Counted from the first letter of the stretch, positions 1 to 13,455 are shown. The stretch: DNA of 64,000 nt from Macrostomum lignano (GCA_002269645.1 NIVC01000512.1:265967-329966); one strand, 5' to 3'. Notes: generated from the letters alone by a model not told the origin. Program-made: numbers and translations.

Positions 1-841
1 AGCAGCGGGGGCAGCCCCCCAAATCGGCGACAGGTCGAGAACGGTGGGTCTGGCGCGGCTGGCGGCCTGGACGAACAGCTGCTGGAGGCGGAGAAGCGAA
101 TCCGTCTGCTGAGGCTGCGCAAAGAAGAAGCGCAGCTGGAATCCGAGTTCGCGCAGCTACGGGTCGGCCGTTCTGAGGCACGTGATGTACCGGGTGAGTT
201 GCTAAATTGCCTAACTGGATGTGTGCAGCATGAAGTTGGGCAGCAGCATGAGAACATGGGAGCCTCAGGGAGAAGTTCCAGTAGCGTCTACCGAATCGTT
301 GACTTCGTCAGCAAGCGCAAGCAGTGTCTTCTAGGCCAGAGTAAGTCTAAAGAAGTGGCGGTCGAGGCGCTGTCGTTAGGCGATTGGGTGACGGGCAATG
401 CGCAGGCGATGCTTCAGATGCTGACTGACGGGCGTCTAGTCAGACTGGATCAGCATGGTCGATTGGATGTGGCAGAGCTCAGAGACTATCTCAGGTACAC
501 CGCACGCATTGGCGAGTTGTTGGACCTGGGCTTCAACAAGAGCCGTGTCATGAGATTTGATGACGAGTGCCGGCTCAGCCAAGCGACTGATGGCAAGTGG
601 GAGTCGCACAGCTCGGACCTGAGTCTGGTTGCGGCGTACCTCATGGCTCCCCAGAAGCAGCAATGGGGGGGGTGGTGCCCAGAAGCGCAATCAACTGGTT
701 TGCTTCGACTACAACAGGATACGCGGGTGCGAACGCAAGAGCTGTCGGTTCCTGCATCGCTGCCGAAGATGCGGCCTGGCGCACTCTGAGGCAGCCTTCC
801 ACCGCGACGAATCGAGCGGTGAGGAGAAACCGCAACACTGA
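1..841 (+). CDS. gag-like ORF1 of the YR retrotransposon (5'-partial, frameshift in G-run near 665)
   Basis: Frame 1 is open from base 1 (EQLLEAEKRIRLLRLRKEE...). After the G-run, another frame gives the zinc finger CFDYNRIRGCERKSCRFLHRCRRC. Confidence 0.75.
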
Positions 842-913
842 CTCGATCATAGCGCGAATTTTATTCCTCCTGTTTTATCCTCTGATCTCAATCTGGCCCA
901 GTGGCAGGCGGAG

Positions 914-2421
914 TTGTCCAAGCTGGATCTTCCGCCCGGTCGGATGGCTTTTATCCTTGATGGTGTTGCTAGTGGCTTTCGCATCACCAATCGTCAGATG
1001 CATGGCAACGAGCTGGTTGAAGTGGCAAACTACTCATCGGTTTTTAAGCACCATGACAGAGTTGCGCGTCAGATTGCTAATGAGCTTCGTCTCGGTCGTT
1101 ATCGTCTCTGTGCTGCTGGTGACAAACCTCGCATAGTCAGCGCCCTTGGTGCGCTGCCGAAGTCCAACGGTGGCGTTCGCTTAATCCATGACTGCAGCCG
1201 GCCGCAAGGGAAGTCTGTCAACTCCGCTTACGAGAGCGAGCAGAGACTGCGTTTCACCTGTGTCCAGAACTTTGCTAAGAGGCTTAAGAAGAATTACTTT
1301 ATGTGCAAGGTCGATCTAAGCGAAGCCTATCGTTCATGTGGGATCCATCCTGACGACCAAAAGTTTACCGGTTTGAAGTTTCGGCTAGGTAGCGATGCTT
1401 GCGACACCTACATAGTGGACACGCGCCTGCCATTTGGTGCTGCTGCTTCCGTCACGGCTTTCTATCATCTCAGCGAGGCGGTCAAGTTGATGATGGTGCA
1501 CCGCGGCTTTGTCAATACTGAGGCCTATCTGGACGATTTTGCCTTTTGCGGTTTGCAAAACGAGTGCGAGGCCTTCTTTAATGTGTTGACGTCGCTGATG
1601 ACCAGACTGGGCTTCACCGTGAATTGGACGAAGTGTCAGCGGCCTTCGCAAAGGATGACGTTTCTCGGTGTGGAGCTCGACACCGTCAAGGGCCTGAAGC
1701 GGCTTTCAGACGAGAAAGTGGAGAAACTTTTAGAGCAACTGGACGATGCTGCTGCCAAGGATCGCATCAGCAAGCAAAGTTTACAGCAGATCATCGGCAG
1801 GCTGGTGTGGGCTTCGCAGGTGATCGAATGCGGTCGCCCCTTTCTTCAGGACCTGATTTCGCGCTCTAACAATTTGGCCGTCGGTCAGCAAGATGAGGTG
1901 GATGCGGCCCTGCGTAGTCAGCTGCGCTGGTGGAAGTGTGCTCTGCTAGCTCAAAGGTGGAAGACTCTCTGGTTCAATGGCGACTTCGATGCCGCGATCG
2001 AGTCGGACGCCTGCCTGGTGGGCGGCGCTGCCGTGCTGCGGTTGCCGGGGGCGTGAGTGACTGGCGCTACGTTAATTGGGATCTCGACGCGGATGCTGTT
2101 TTTCGGGATCTGCCTATCAATTACAAGGAGGCTGCGATACCTCTGATGGCGTTGCTGTCGTGGCGGGACCGCCTGCACAACTGTCGGCTGTGCATCTACT
2201 GCGATAATATGGCAGCGTGCTGTATTATCAACAATGGGGTCTCCAAGTGCCCTCTGGTGTTGAGGCTGTTGCAGACGGTGGCGCTGCTTTGCATTCGTCA
2301 GAACATTCAGCTGCGTGCTTACCATGTGCCAGGGCCGTTTCAAATTTTTGCTGACGCCGCGTCTCGGCTGCACGAGGGCAGTCAGTTGTTGAATTTTTGC
2401 TGCGCTTTTATGGCTCATTGA
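914..2421 (+). CDS. Reverse transcriptase + RNase H (frameshift in G-run near 2050)
   Basis: RT motifs RLIHDCS, KVDLSEAY, LPFG, YLDD, FLGVELDT. RNase H motifs ESDAC, INYKEA, YCDN, HVPG..IFADAASR. Confidence 0.9.
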
Positions 2422-2434
2422 TGCGTCTCACCAA

Positions 2435-3481
2435 TTGCTCGCTTTCCCGGCACACGCTTTCTGCTGCCACATCCGCTTTTCTCCGTTTTCAGGTCGCCAG
2501 ACTGCGCCAGACCACCTCAGCCACCGAGCCCGTGAACTACTCGGTTCCTCCTACGCGGCCCGCTCGAAAAGCGCCATCAGCTCACACGTGCGGTCCTGGC
2601 GCGCGTACTGCTCAGCCAAGGGACTCGACCCCGCCGGGTGTACTGTGTCCACGCTGCTAAACTACCTGGCTGGCCTCACGGGCACGCGCCTGCGAGCCTA
2701 CAGTAGCGTTCGCGGTCACGTCAGCTCGCTTTCACTGTGGTTTCGGCTGAACGGCGCTCAGGACCTGACGAAGCACACCCTCACCCAGCATCTGCTGCGG
2801 GGCTGCAAGCGAGCGCTGGGGCTTCAGGTCAACCAGAAGCTACCAATGTCTCCGTCGGTGCTGGAAAAACTTTGGTCTCTGGTTGACAAGGGCGACAATC
2901 GGCAACTGGCCTGCTGGGCGGTCACCATCACTGCCTGGTGGGGGATGCTGCGAAAATCATCACTCCTTCTATCGTCGCCTCAGTTGGGTAGTGGGATGAA
3001 GGTGCAGAATCTGACACCTCACCGTTGCGGCCTCCTCTTAAGCGTGGACTTTGGCAAGACTATTCAGTTCCGTGATCGAGTCCACCACGTCCTGCTTCCG
3101 AAGTTCCCCGCCTGCCCCGCGCTCTGCCCGGTAGTGGCGATTCGCCGACATCTGTGTGTCAACAAGCTGGCGATGGCCGAGGCGCCACTCTGGTCCTTCA
3201 TCGATCGCAATGGACAGCGGCGCCATCTAGCTGCTCGGGACTTGGACCGGTTTCTTGACTCTAAGCTGCAGAGGGCTGGGTGTGGCGGCAAGCTCTACTC
3301 GGCTCACAGCCTGCGTTGAGGTGGAGCCACCTGGGCAGCTCGCATGGGCCTGCCGGTGGCGGAGATCCAGCGGATCGGCGACTGGAAGAGTCCGGCGGTG
3401 GAGCGCTACTTGCCCCGCTCGGGTGTTGCCACTGCTGCGGCCTCTCTGCATTTTTCTTCCGCCCTTAGTGCTCTTTTTTGA
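2435..3481 (+). CDS. Tyrosine recombinase with in-frame TGA at 3317-3319
   Basis: SAM-like N-terminus, then WGMLR, DFGKT, HSLR*GGAT, IGDWKS..VERY. The frame continues past the TGA to 3481. Confidence 0.9.
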
Positions 3482-3990
3482 CGGTGGTCTTCCCGCTGAT
3501 TTGTTTTTAGCTCAATGCCTAGCTGCTGCTCTTATCCCCCGTTGTGTTTGGCTTTGGAGGCCTGCTTCTTTTCTGTGCCAAGTTCGTGTTTTAATTGCCT
3601 TTGTTGCTGGAAGCACTAATGGACTGGTTTGTGCGGCGAAAGTGCACAAACCGGCTTTAGTGCCCAGCGCGTTGATTGTACATCGCCGCCTGCCCCCCCC
3701 CTTGGGTGGCAGGGGTGTTTTTAAACCCCCGTCGCGCTCTACTGGCGGCTCACTTTGCCTTCTCGCAGTGAATTTTTTTTCTTTTTCGTGTTAAGTTTGC
3801 TTTAAGCCAAATATACTCGTAGATTGAAGTTCGAAACACTTTTTTATTGACGGAGGCCTGCTTCTTTTCTGTGCCAAGTTCGTGTTTTAATTGCCTTTGT
3901 TGCTGGAAGCACTAAATTATTGTTTTTGTTTAGCAAGCTTGTTGTACTCATTATTCAATTTCAAAGTAGTCGGCGCCGTTTTGATGATTT

Positions 3991-4042
3991 CTGCTGCTGT
4001 TGCTGCTGTTGCTGTTGTTGTTGTTGTTGTTGCTGCTGTTGC

Positions 4043-4119
<77 letters not shown>
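3991..4119. repeat. (CTG/TTG)n microsatellite
   Basis: Trinucleotide run visible directly. Confidence 0.95.
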
Positions 4120-4120
<1 letters not shown>

Positions 4121-4133
4121 AGCAGCCGAATGT

Positions 4134-7100
4134 GACCAAATGGGAGACTATAGTTAGGGCTCAGCCAAGCGCGCTTGTCTTCCCAAATGCTTAAGGCACA
4201 CTTCCGCTGCTGCAAAGTGTACAGTCGGTGATGGATGCTGGCAATACGATGAACAACGACAGAATGGCTGCAGAGCTCATTGAACACCCTTAGGTAGTCA
4301 CTGTGAGCCAGCTCTTTCTTAACAATGCATCCTTGAACTCCTTTGGCCTTCTTCTTTTCCGCGGCTTGGCTACTCGCCCGCCTTGAATGAGTAAAGCTTC
4401 GGCCTTAGGAGCAGCCACTCCTCAAAGCGAGCACCGGCTGCTTCATCCTTAATGCAGCCAAGTCGCACTTTTAAATCATTCGATAATAGCGCGTGCTCTT
4501 GAGGATAGTTTGAAGTGTCGAGCAGCTGCTTCGACTTCAACAGCGGTAGAACTTTAGACTGAACGCTCATGTTGCTGATTGAGAGAAAGAAAGAATCGGT
4601 ATCACCACCGCATAGCTTGATGACACCTCCATCGTTCTCTATCCAGGGCTTCAGTTTGTCGTAAAACAGCTCGTACATAATCATTTTCGAAAAGTCTAGG
4701 ACGCATTGCCCGATAAAAATAGGCCGATCGAGCTTTAATTTTGTCTTTTGCAGTTCCAAAACGCTTAGTGAATCAGTAATTATGATAAAATTGGTAATTG
4801 TCGGCTTGGCAAGCAGTACCTTTACCTTTTCCACGTTGGTGCAGACTCGAATATCACGCCGCTTTCGCACATTCTCCATAGTTTTGCCGAACAGCGCATT
4901 ATTCTTTAACTTGTAGAAATCCTTTTCGAAGTTGGTTTTCGCTGCAGCCCGCTTCTGGCTATTTTTCTCGACGTAGGCAGCAAAGAGAGGCTCTTGGTGA
5001 AACTCAATCATGCGATTGATGCGTCTAACCCGCATTCCATGGTTCAGGTAGAACGCCAAAATAGAGGAATGAACCACATAGGAAGGCTTATCGTGACAAG
5101 TGAGCATCAGCTTCTCTGTCGGATGATAGGTGGAGTTCTCCGTACCGACCTTTTCCCACAGCTGCTGCATGTATTCAGGAAATTCCCTGAAATTCGGGCA
5201 GCCTTTTCCGGTGCAAATGGCAGGTCTTCGGTGGTTTCGTGAATCTCTGGGGGATACTCAAGGTTAACATCAAAGAGGTAGGCGAGTGGATCGGTTAGCT
5301 TGAGTCCTCGAATGCGATCTTCAGTCCACAAAAGCAGCTCATCATCGTCCAGCCAACGGAATCCTCCGACTGGTAAGTTCATAGTGAGCGCCTGTCCATA
5401 CAGGTTGTTTGCATCCACAGCAAGAAGCTCGGTGAGGCCAGCATAAATAGTAGGAGTGCCACCATCAACATCCTCGTTGCTGTCAACACCAGTGCTGGCG
5501 CCCGCTGCTGAGGTAGCCTGCACTTTGTGGATGTTAACAAACGACATGCCGCCGCGAATGCCGCGCTCAAACAGCGAATACATCTGCGCATCTGTTAGCA
5601 GTTCAATCCCTGACTTGATGGATTTCAATGCCGAAGCGAATGATAGACCTGGTGTCGAAATAAAATGGACTGGATCAAGGCCATCCTCTTGCATGCTGAT
5701 CTTGCGAAAATTTTCAAAAATATCAGCTAACTGCCTGATGTCGAGCTCGAGGTAGCACAGCATGTACTCTTTTAGATTTGAAACCTGAAATTCACGCCAG
5801 GCGCGTTGAGCATGCTCATAGTCAGAGTTGGTGCAGTGGCTCTTAGTCAGAGCATTGTAGAAGCTCTCTTGGCTGGGAAGCACGGCATCCTTCAGCACGT
5901 CTGAATTTTTAAGATGGTCATACGGGAAAACTCCCTTGCTGAAAAGCACTTCGGATGATAGCAGTGGGAATCTGCTGCGTAGGCGACTAGTGATACGACA
6001 TTCAGCCTCTGGTAAATTTTTGATGAGCTGTGAGAGGCTGGCATTAAGAAATTGATTCGAATCAATGAACTGAATAGTAAAATTTAGGGGCTTGATCTTG
6101 CCCTCACTCTCATACTCGCCGATTTTAAATTCGATTTTCATCGACAGAAACTGCTCTGGATTCAGAGGGATGACGGAGATTTTCCAACCCTCCATCAGAC
6201 CCAAAGCGGATGACATCATGAGATGGAGATCGTACCCCTTGAAATTGTGGAACACGACGGGAAGGAAAGACCTCTTTAGTCTGGCCTTCATATTACAATC
6301 AGCACATGCAGCTCCCCGAAATTCTCCGCTGAGGTGGTCGTGATCCCAATGTTTATTGGACCCTTCCGTGAATTCGCTTCCACAAGCAGAGACAGTCGAC
6401 AAGCAGAGAAGCTGTGGCTTCTCTGAACTGTCGCCCTGCCATCTCTGATCTTATCGCTGCTTGTCGACTGAACTCCGTGTTCCAGCCGTAAACTTCACGA
6501 GCGAGCTTCTCCAGCGATTGCAGGAAATCGGAAATGCACTTATTAGGATCGTCGCTGACAAAAGTGCTCACTTTATCATCCGCTCCTCTGGGCGCTAGAC
6601 CAGTCATCCCTTCTCTGTGCAGCACGATGTAGCCAGCAGCAACAGCAATGTGCTCAGTTAACTTCTTCGTTGCTATACCAGCAATCGAATCTTCTTGGCA
6701 TGGAGCATTCAATGCTTCGAAGTCGGCGTAAACAACAAATGGCGGACTGATTGTTTTTTCCCATGATGAGAATCGGAGAATATTATTCCTTTCATCCGGC
6801 AACTCTTCCTTTACGTTGATCACTCCAGGTTGACAAGGAGCTCGGCTGTGTTCTTCAAAGGCTGCATCACTATGAAAGGGCAGCAAGCAGCGCTCACACC
6901 AGTTCCGCCGATGCAGAGCTGCCTTGCTATTAAGAAGCCTGTTGATGCTTGAAACAGCACACCAATGACCCGAGGCCTCGTCTTCTGATGGTGGAATAAA
7001 TAAGAGTAGAACAACTTCTCGATCTTTAATTGTAGCTGCAGTAGGCAAGCGGAGGACTTGAGCGCTCTCTTTCTCCCAGATGAAAACCGTGAAGCAAAGT

Positions 7101-7869
7101 CTCGGGTTCAGTCTCTCAACAATGGAAAGGTCAGTGACATTGATTGGCAAGTCAATTCCACTCATGTTATGTTCATCCAGCCAGTCAGTGTAGGAAGACT
7201 CGCGTTGCGCTGATTTCTTTATTTTGTTGTCTTCCTTGTGCAGAAAAGCAAGGCATGCGTAAAGAAAGCAATTTACACCATTGCTTGGAGGACAAATAAC
7301 CGCCTTCTTCCGAAGAAGTGGAGTCGGTAGAATAAATTCCGCAGCATGCCCGGTGTAGTAGGAAACTCGTTCGACGAGAGCTGAGTAAAGTTCAAAAAAA
7401 TTAATTTTTTCAATTATCCAGCCACTACCGTTGGTGTTGTAGACATCGACTTTGCGCTCCAGCTCTGTAAACTGCTGTCTCCACCAATCATCAAACTCCT
7501 GTATATCTACCACCAATCCGAGTTGTGTGCTCATCCATTTATCCTCCCCTTGACAGCTTCTGACGCCTGCACTCTGACCATGCGCAAATTCAGTTTGATC
7601 TGAGCTTTAACAGAGCAATTATCCGAAGAGTCGAAGCGAATTTCAAGACACTGCTGTACTGCGATTTTGCAGAAATCGAGAAACTCGAATGTTTCAGTGG
7701 CAGCTCCAGGTGTAAATCGATGAACTTGAAGAACATCTTCGTGAGCGCTGATTTTTAACGCCAGGGTGAATGAAGGTCCTACAATTGAAGAAGGGAAGAT
7801 ATTATTAAAAATATTATTGGAAAGTGGAAATGATGAGACATGTCTCTGGGAGTTATGGAAGTCGAACAT
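4134..7869 (-). pseudogene. Protein-primed family B DNA polymerase, split by about 4 frameshifts
   Basis: DHDHLSG.FRGAAC..CN (endonuclease VII-like), FHNFKGYD, FIDS, KGVFPY, GIRGG, DANNLYG, KLKNNALFGKT, GDTDS, and C-terminal ALSIWEDKR...LPFGH across ORFs 7531-7869, 6353-7534, 5107-6402, 4370-5170 and ~4134-4290. Confidence 0.92.
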
Positions 7870-8985
7870 TTTATTACCCTTTTTTACACTTACGAGTATA
7901 CTATTTATCCTACTACCTTATATCTAGATTTAATATTTTTTATTAATGAATACGAGCTACGTATAAGTGTAAAAAAAGAATTTGAAGAGTTATTATTGAA
8001 GAAATAGATAGAGTTCTGCTTTCGCATTTTTGTCAATTCATCTAATGAGGAATAAAAATGTCTCATTATTGTGAGTTCTCCGGCTTAATCCTGTTGGGAA
8101 CCATTTGGGAATTGTTGTGTAGGCGAGAAAAATATAAATAATTCCGTTGCTAAGAGACAGGAATGCAACAAACAGAAATGCATGAGTTCATAAAACCAGC
8201 AATGGAATGAAAAAACTTACCACTCGGTCCAAATTCGTGGCTGACAGCTGGGTCCACCGGCTCGTCCTCTTGACTCGATGAGGTGGCCATTACAGATAAT
8301 TAATATTAGAAATAGAGCGACATTTAGTGAAGAACTCAATGCTGCTGAAATTCCAGTGTAAAAGTGTTGTTTGATAAATTTAACCCAAGAGCAATTCTGT
8401 CAGAGATGTAGTGGAGTGATAAATTTCCAGCATTCAGAGCTCTATGGAGCAGAAATTGAATCTAACCAAAGTCATGCTTGACAAACCAAATTCATGTCAT
8501 TCTAAACATTGGGTATCATAGATCATCAATCCCATATTATACTCATAGAGTTGAGTAGATGCTGTGAACCTAACGGTAATTCTATAAGCCAGTGAACTTA
8601 TAACTTCTTCGAAGATATTCATGTTTGAAAAAAAACAAGTAATGAATTCAACAAAGTCCAAGAAAGTGCAAAAGCTTTCATTAAAAGCAACCATCAATCC
8701 ATTATATTTCTGGTAAAGCATTTCGCAATGCAAAAAATCATGCTCGTTAGTCATCCTACTAATTAAAGCTGCTTATTAAAGCTTTATTATAAGAATAAGT
8801 TTAAATAGTAAGCCCAAATGATTTTCTTTTTCACTTTGTTTATGATATTAATGAGAAACCTGTATGAGCACGATGAGGTGCAACGTAATTAGTTAATATT
8901 TATGCAGGGTTGAATGCATTGGTTTTCCCCTAAAAATCTACAAATCTCGTTTCCCCTACTTTTAAATACTTTGAACTGGGACACT

Positions 8986-10343
8986 TTAAGAGCTACTTAA
9001 GCGAATGCGAGTTCCTCCCCCAAGGTCAATAAAATACTCGCCCTCGACTCTGCTCGGTAGTACCAGCTGAATGCAGACTGACGGTGGCATCGGTGGCATG
9101 GCTTCTACGACTGGGATGTCACCGGTTTGGATTTCTGGTGCGGCCGGTGGAGTAGGAGGTTCGAATTCTCGCAGGAGATCGGATAGGCTTGCTTCTGCCA
9201 TCATTCTGGCTTGCTCCATATTTTTTCCTGCGACTGGAACAGGCCTGTAGGGTGGCATCTGTTGCTGCTCAGCTTCTTCATTTGCCAGCTCAACAGGCTC
9301 CAACTCGATATCCTCGAAGAAGGCAGTATCCAACTCCGAAGGAGCTGCAAAACCAGTGGAATCGTCAGCCGGGTGGCCGGCATCAGCAGTTGGAAGGCCG
9401 GCACCGTCAGCCGGGTGGCCGGCATCAGTAGTTGGAAGGCCGGCACCGTCAGCTGGGAGGCCGGCATCAGTAGTTGGAAGGCCGGCACCGTCAGCTGGGA
9501 GGCCGGCATCAGTAGTTGGAAGGCCGGCACCGTCAGCTGGGAGGCCGGCATCAGTAGTTGGAAGGCCGGCACCGTCAGCTGGGAGGCCGGCATCAGTAGT
9601 TGGAAGGCCGGCACCGTCAGCTGGGAGGCCGGCATCAGTAGTTGGAAGGCCGGCACCGTCAGCTGGGAGGCCGGCATCAGTAGTTGGAAGGCCGGCACCG
9701 TCAGCTGGGAGGCCGGCATCAGTAGTTGGAAGGCCGGCACCGTCAGCTGGGAGGCCGGCATCAGTAGTTGGAAGGCCGGCACCGTCAGCTGGGAGGCCGG
9801 CATCAGTAGTTGGAAGGCCGGCACCGTCAGCTGGGAGGCCGGCATCAGTAGTTGGAAGGCCGGCACCGTCAGCTGGGAGGCCGGCATCAGCAGCTGGCGC
9901 AGCGGTTGAACCAAAAAATCTGATTGCTGCTCCACAGCGGCAAGTGCAGCGGCAAGCAGATCAAAGTTTGCGTCGGTAGCGTGCTGAAAATCTTCATCAG
10001 GCTGCTGAAAGACGCCCTGAATTGCCTGGCTGAGTGCGCTGACCGGTGCTCGACTGCGCTCGATAATGTTGAGCTGCTCTTGACGCTGGGCAGCCTCCAA
10101 GGCAGCAAAGCGGGCTCGTTTTAAATCTCCAGGTGAGCTCCAGTTAATAATAATGTGGTTTTTGTGAGCTCGAACTTGCTGGCGCACATTAAAGAGCTCA
10201 CGCGTCTGGCACTCGTGGCAAAGCATCCAGCGACTGACATTGCAGCTGCTTTTCATTTTGTGACGTTTTAAGCCACCGAGCTCACAGGAGTTGCAGGAAA
10301 TGCACACCTCGTACACATATGAAGGGCAGCGCGATTGATTCAT
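8986..10343 (-). CDS. Uncharacterised ORF (Cys-rich N-terminus, 14-aa repeat, acidic C-terminus), probably one gene with a frameshift near 9915
   Basis: The LPTTDAGLPADGAG frame of the repeat runs into ORF 8986-9333. The upstream ORF joins it by a -1 shift at GATTTTTTGG. Confidence 0.5.
9362..9895. repeat. 42-bp tandem repeat, about 13 near-identical copies
   Basis: Unit GCCGGCACCGTCAGCTGGGAGGCCGGCATCAGTAGTTGGAAG. Confidence 0.95.
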
Positions 10344-12241
10344 TCCAAATTTTTAAATCTTTGAGTAGAAAAATCAAATTCAAATTAAATTCAAATTAGA
10401 AGTAGAAACTTATGTCCCGTATTCAAGTATACGGTGTCTTATATACCTCGCTTATTCGAATCTGTGTTAATAAAAACATAGCCGCTATGTTTACAGCTTA
10501 GCTATGTTTACAGTCAGTAACCCAGCCGTCTCAGAAACCGGTTTTTTTAAATAATTTTATTAGAAAACCCAGGTACAGAGCCTCTATTGAAAGCATACAT
10601 GTACAAAAGTTCCTTTGCACTTGCCGCCAACTGGAACTCCCGACCAGACTGGGGAGCAATAAAACTGATAACTATTGAGCGTCCAATTCCATTTAGCAAC
10701 ACACCCACCACCCCAAGAAAGAGGGAGATGCTTGGCTATTATAATCTTATTAAAGCAGCATCTTGTTATTGAAACTTTTGCCTATAATAGGCAAAAGTTT
10801 CAATAAATTCCAAAATTCCAAAATCCTTAAATTCCAAAATCAAATGATTTTTCAACAGTTGGTAGCTCAAATTTTAGACATGAATTGCAAATTGATTTTA
10901 TTGTAATCATTGAAATAAAGACACGCCCCTCCTCCTGTTACGATACCCGATGGAATATTAAATGTCATTCAGAAGCAAAGTATTGCCTGGTTTTATGAAC
11001 CGAACCGCCTGTGTCCGTCGTAGCAGAACACGCATTTGCCAATACTCATTCATTGCGGTTAACGGAATTCCCGCGGAGCCCCACCCCATTCGCAAATACT
11101 TTCACCAATGTACTCTCACTAGGAGGTCTCACGGAATTTCCATGGCCTGCCCTGCGGCAGAGTCGCTCAATGGATTTACATAGGGCCGTATGTTCACTCA
11201 CTAGGGCCCATGGCTTTTCCACGGAAATTCCTGCGGCAGAGTTCTGTTATCCCATACTACTGACTTCAATTAAGAAACCAAGGACCTACAGTCTACTACA
11301 GTGGTCCATGTAAGAAACATTGGGAACTATTTTTAAACAGCAGAGAAATTTGTGGTTTATAATCAGCTTCGCATTGCTCGTTTTAAGTTTTTCTCGTTCC
11401 ATGGTCGCCAGTGCATTCATGTATTAATATTTTTGTGAAGTCACTTGAAATTCGACTATACTACTAACAGTAAAGTAAGCTGTTCGCACGAAACAGTTTA
11501 AATATTGTGGCAAGTTCATGCAAGGAAACCTTCGCAAGATTTTGCTTAAAAGTGCACTAAGCTCAAGATGAAAAATTATGTAAAGCTATCATGCAATTTC
11601 TATGCAATGTATTTGACAGAACTTGAAATTTATGTTCTCACCTTACTGTGCATAAATATTCGCAGGATATTTCTATTGTCCAATGGTTTTTTTAATAGAA
11701 AAATCAAAGTAGAATTAGGTCGCACCATTGTTTTAGTTACACATTACTATTGCATTTCCCACATTTGACTGTTAAGGCCCTGGCTTCTGTATCCAGATCT
11801 GATAGCTGTCTATAATCCACGGGTTCATGGGAGAGACCTGTGACGGATAAGCAGAGTTTGACTGCTTGGATGTGCTTGATACACTGATAGCTATGCATGT
11901 AGGGCAGTTTTCCGCCTCACTTGCCGGGCCCCTCGAGCAGTCAGGCCCCACGGGAACCGCAGGCGAAACTCCCCTAAAAGCAAGTAATCTTGTTTTTTCT
12001 TCCACTCGGAGCAGACCGGCGTGCTGCTGTTTTGGGAAGCCTTTCTATAAAACCCGTATTTTCATTTTACGATCGAATGCCTCAGCATCGGAGACTCAAA
12101 GATCCATAACTGTCTTCTCTGATACTGCCGCAAGTGGGCCATCAGATGTATTGATCATTTATGGGGGGATTTGATACGGGGTCCTCGAAGCTCCTCCAGC
12201 GCTGAGAGCCTGCTTGCTAAATTATAGAATGACTGAGGACT

Positions 12242-12452
<211 letters not shown>

Positions 12453-13068
12453 AGCCAGTTCATTTCAGGACAAAACATTCTTCTGCAGCCACCAGGCAGT
12501 CCATAATCCATGTCGAATTCTAGATTGCCCCAAAATACAGCAAAAGCCGATGTCACACGTGGCTGGAAATTTCAATCCGATTCCCCCAAAGCACAATTTT
12601 TTAGCAGCGGCAACCTGCAGTCCTGATCAGTTCTGACATCTGATACAAGCCTCGAGACATCAGCGATTTGTGCAAGAAATAACTGCTTCTCTGTCAATAC
12701 GCCTACCTCCTCATGCTTTTAGTCGGGTGCAGAAATTAATATTTCTCACCCAGCTACCTAAAACCGGCTAAAAATGCTTCTACCCACGCCGGTCTCAACT
12801 ACCCCCTGTTTTCTGTGCCCCCTCCCCAATTTCTGCTCCGTGAACGCATTGCTGCAATCTCTGGGAGGCCACTGGGCCGCAACGCACTGGCCAATCAGGC
12901 GGGCTCACAACAGTTCCCGAGGTTCCCGAAGAAGTTCCACCGTTATCGGTCAGTCTACATTTATTGCTTATTTTGTTCTGCCTCATCTCGCCAACAGCTG
13001 GCAGCTGGCAGCTCCGGCGAGCAGTGTAAAAATTTTACTCCCCATCCTGCAGCAGCAGTTCTTCTGCG

Positions 13069-13455
13069 ATGCGGCTGCTGGTGCAGCTGGTGCTTTTTCT
13101 GCAAGCCTTCGAGGCGCAGCAGCAGTCGCCGACGCCGCTGAAGTCGCTGAAGACGCTGATGGTGCTGGACATGTCGCAGCTGCGCCAGCTGTCCCCAGAG
13201 AGGACCGAGTTCTACGCCAGGTTTCTCACCAAGCGAGTTCGCGATCTGCAGCACGCGGTCGGGGCGGAGTTCCAGCCCGACTCTGTCCTGGTGCCGGACA
13301 GCGAGCTCACTAATCTTGTCAGCGTCATCGATTCGCAGTCTGTGGTGGCGGTGCTGTCGCCAACCATGTCCGCTCAGCTGGTGCTCGCCTGCAATCTACT
13401 TCGCGTTGTCTGCGTTGGCAACCGGCTGGTGGACTTGCCGAACTCGGCCGAGCTG
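13069..13455 (+). CDS. GluN3-like NMDA receptor gene, amino-terminal domain exon (true start may be upstream)
   Basis: Coding-like codon usage. The donor ctg|GTGAGA is phase 0 and joins the next exon in frame. Confidence 0.6.

Larger units (their letters stand above)
1..3915 (+). mobile_element. Tyrosine-recombinase retrotransposon, Ngaro/DIRS group with split direct repeats; 5' end lies upstream of the window
   Basis: gag-like, RT/RNase H and tyrosine recombinase ORFs in the typical order. An identical 64-bp direct repeat at 3556-3619 and 3852-3915 flanks an intervening segment, matching the B1-A2-B2 3' end. Confidence 0.9.
4134..11261 (-). mobile_element. Partial Polinton/Maverick-like element
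   Basis: Protein-primed PolB gene, AT-rich accessory ORFs, subterminal repeats at 11100-11250, and a terminus ...CCCATACTACT at 11261 (5'-AGTAGTATGGG on the minus strand). No matching left TIR, integrase or capsid seen. Confidence 0.7.

Noticed and set aside
2435-3481. Phage integrase or bacterial contamination
   Set aside because: The recombinase is linked to gag and RT/RNase H with split direct repeats, which is a DIRS-order retrotransposon.
8050-8290. Small spliced ORF on the minus strand (MATSSSQEDEP...|GTAAGT)
   Set aside because: The donor is good, but every candidate acceptor leads to an early stop and no family is recognisable.
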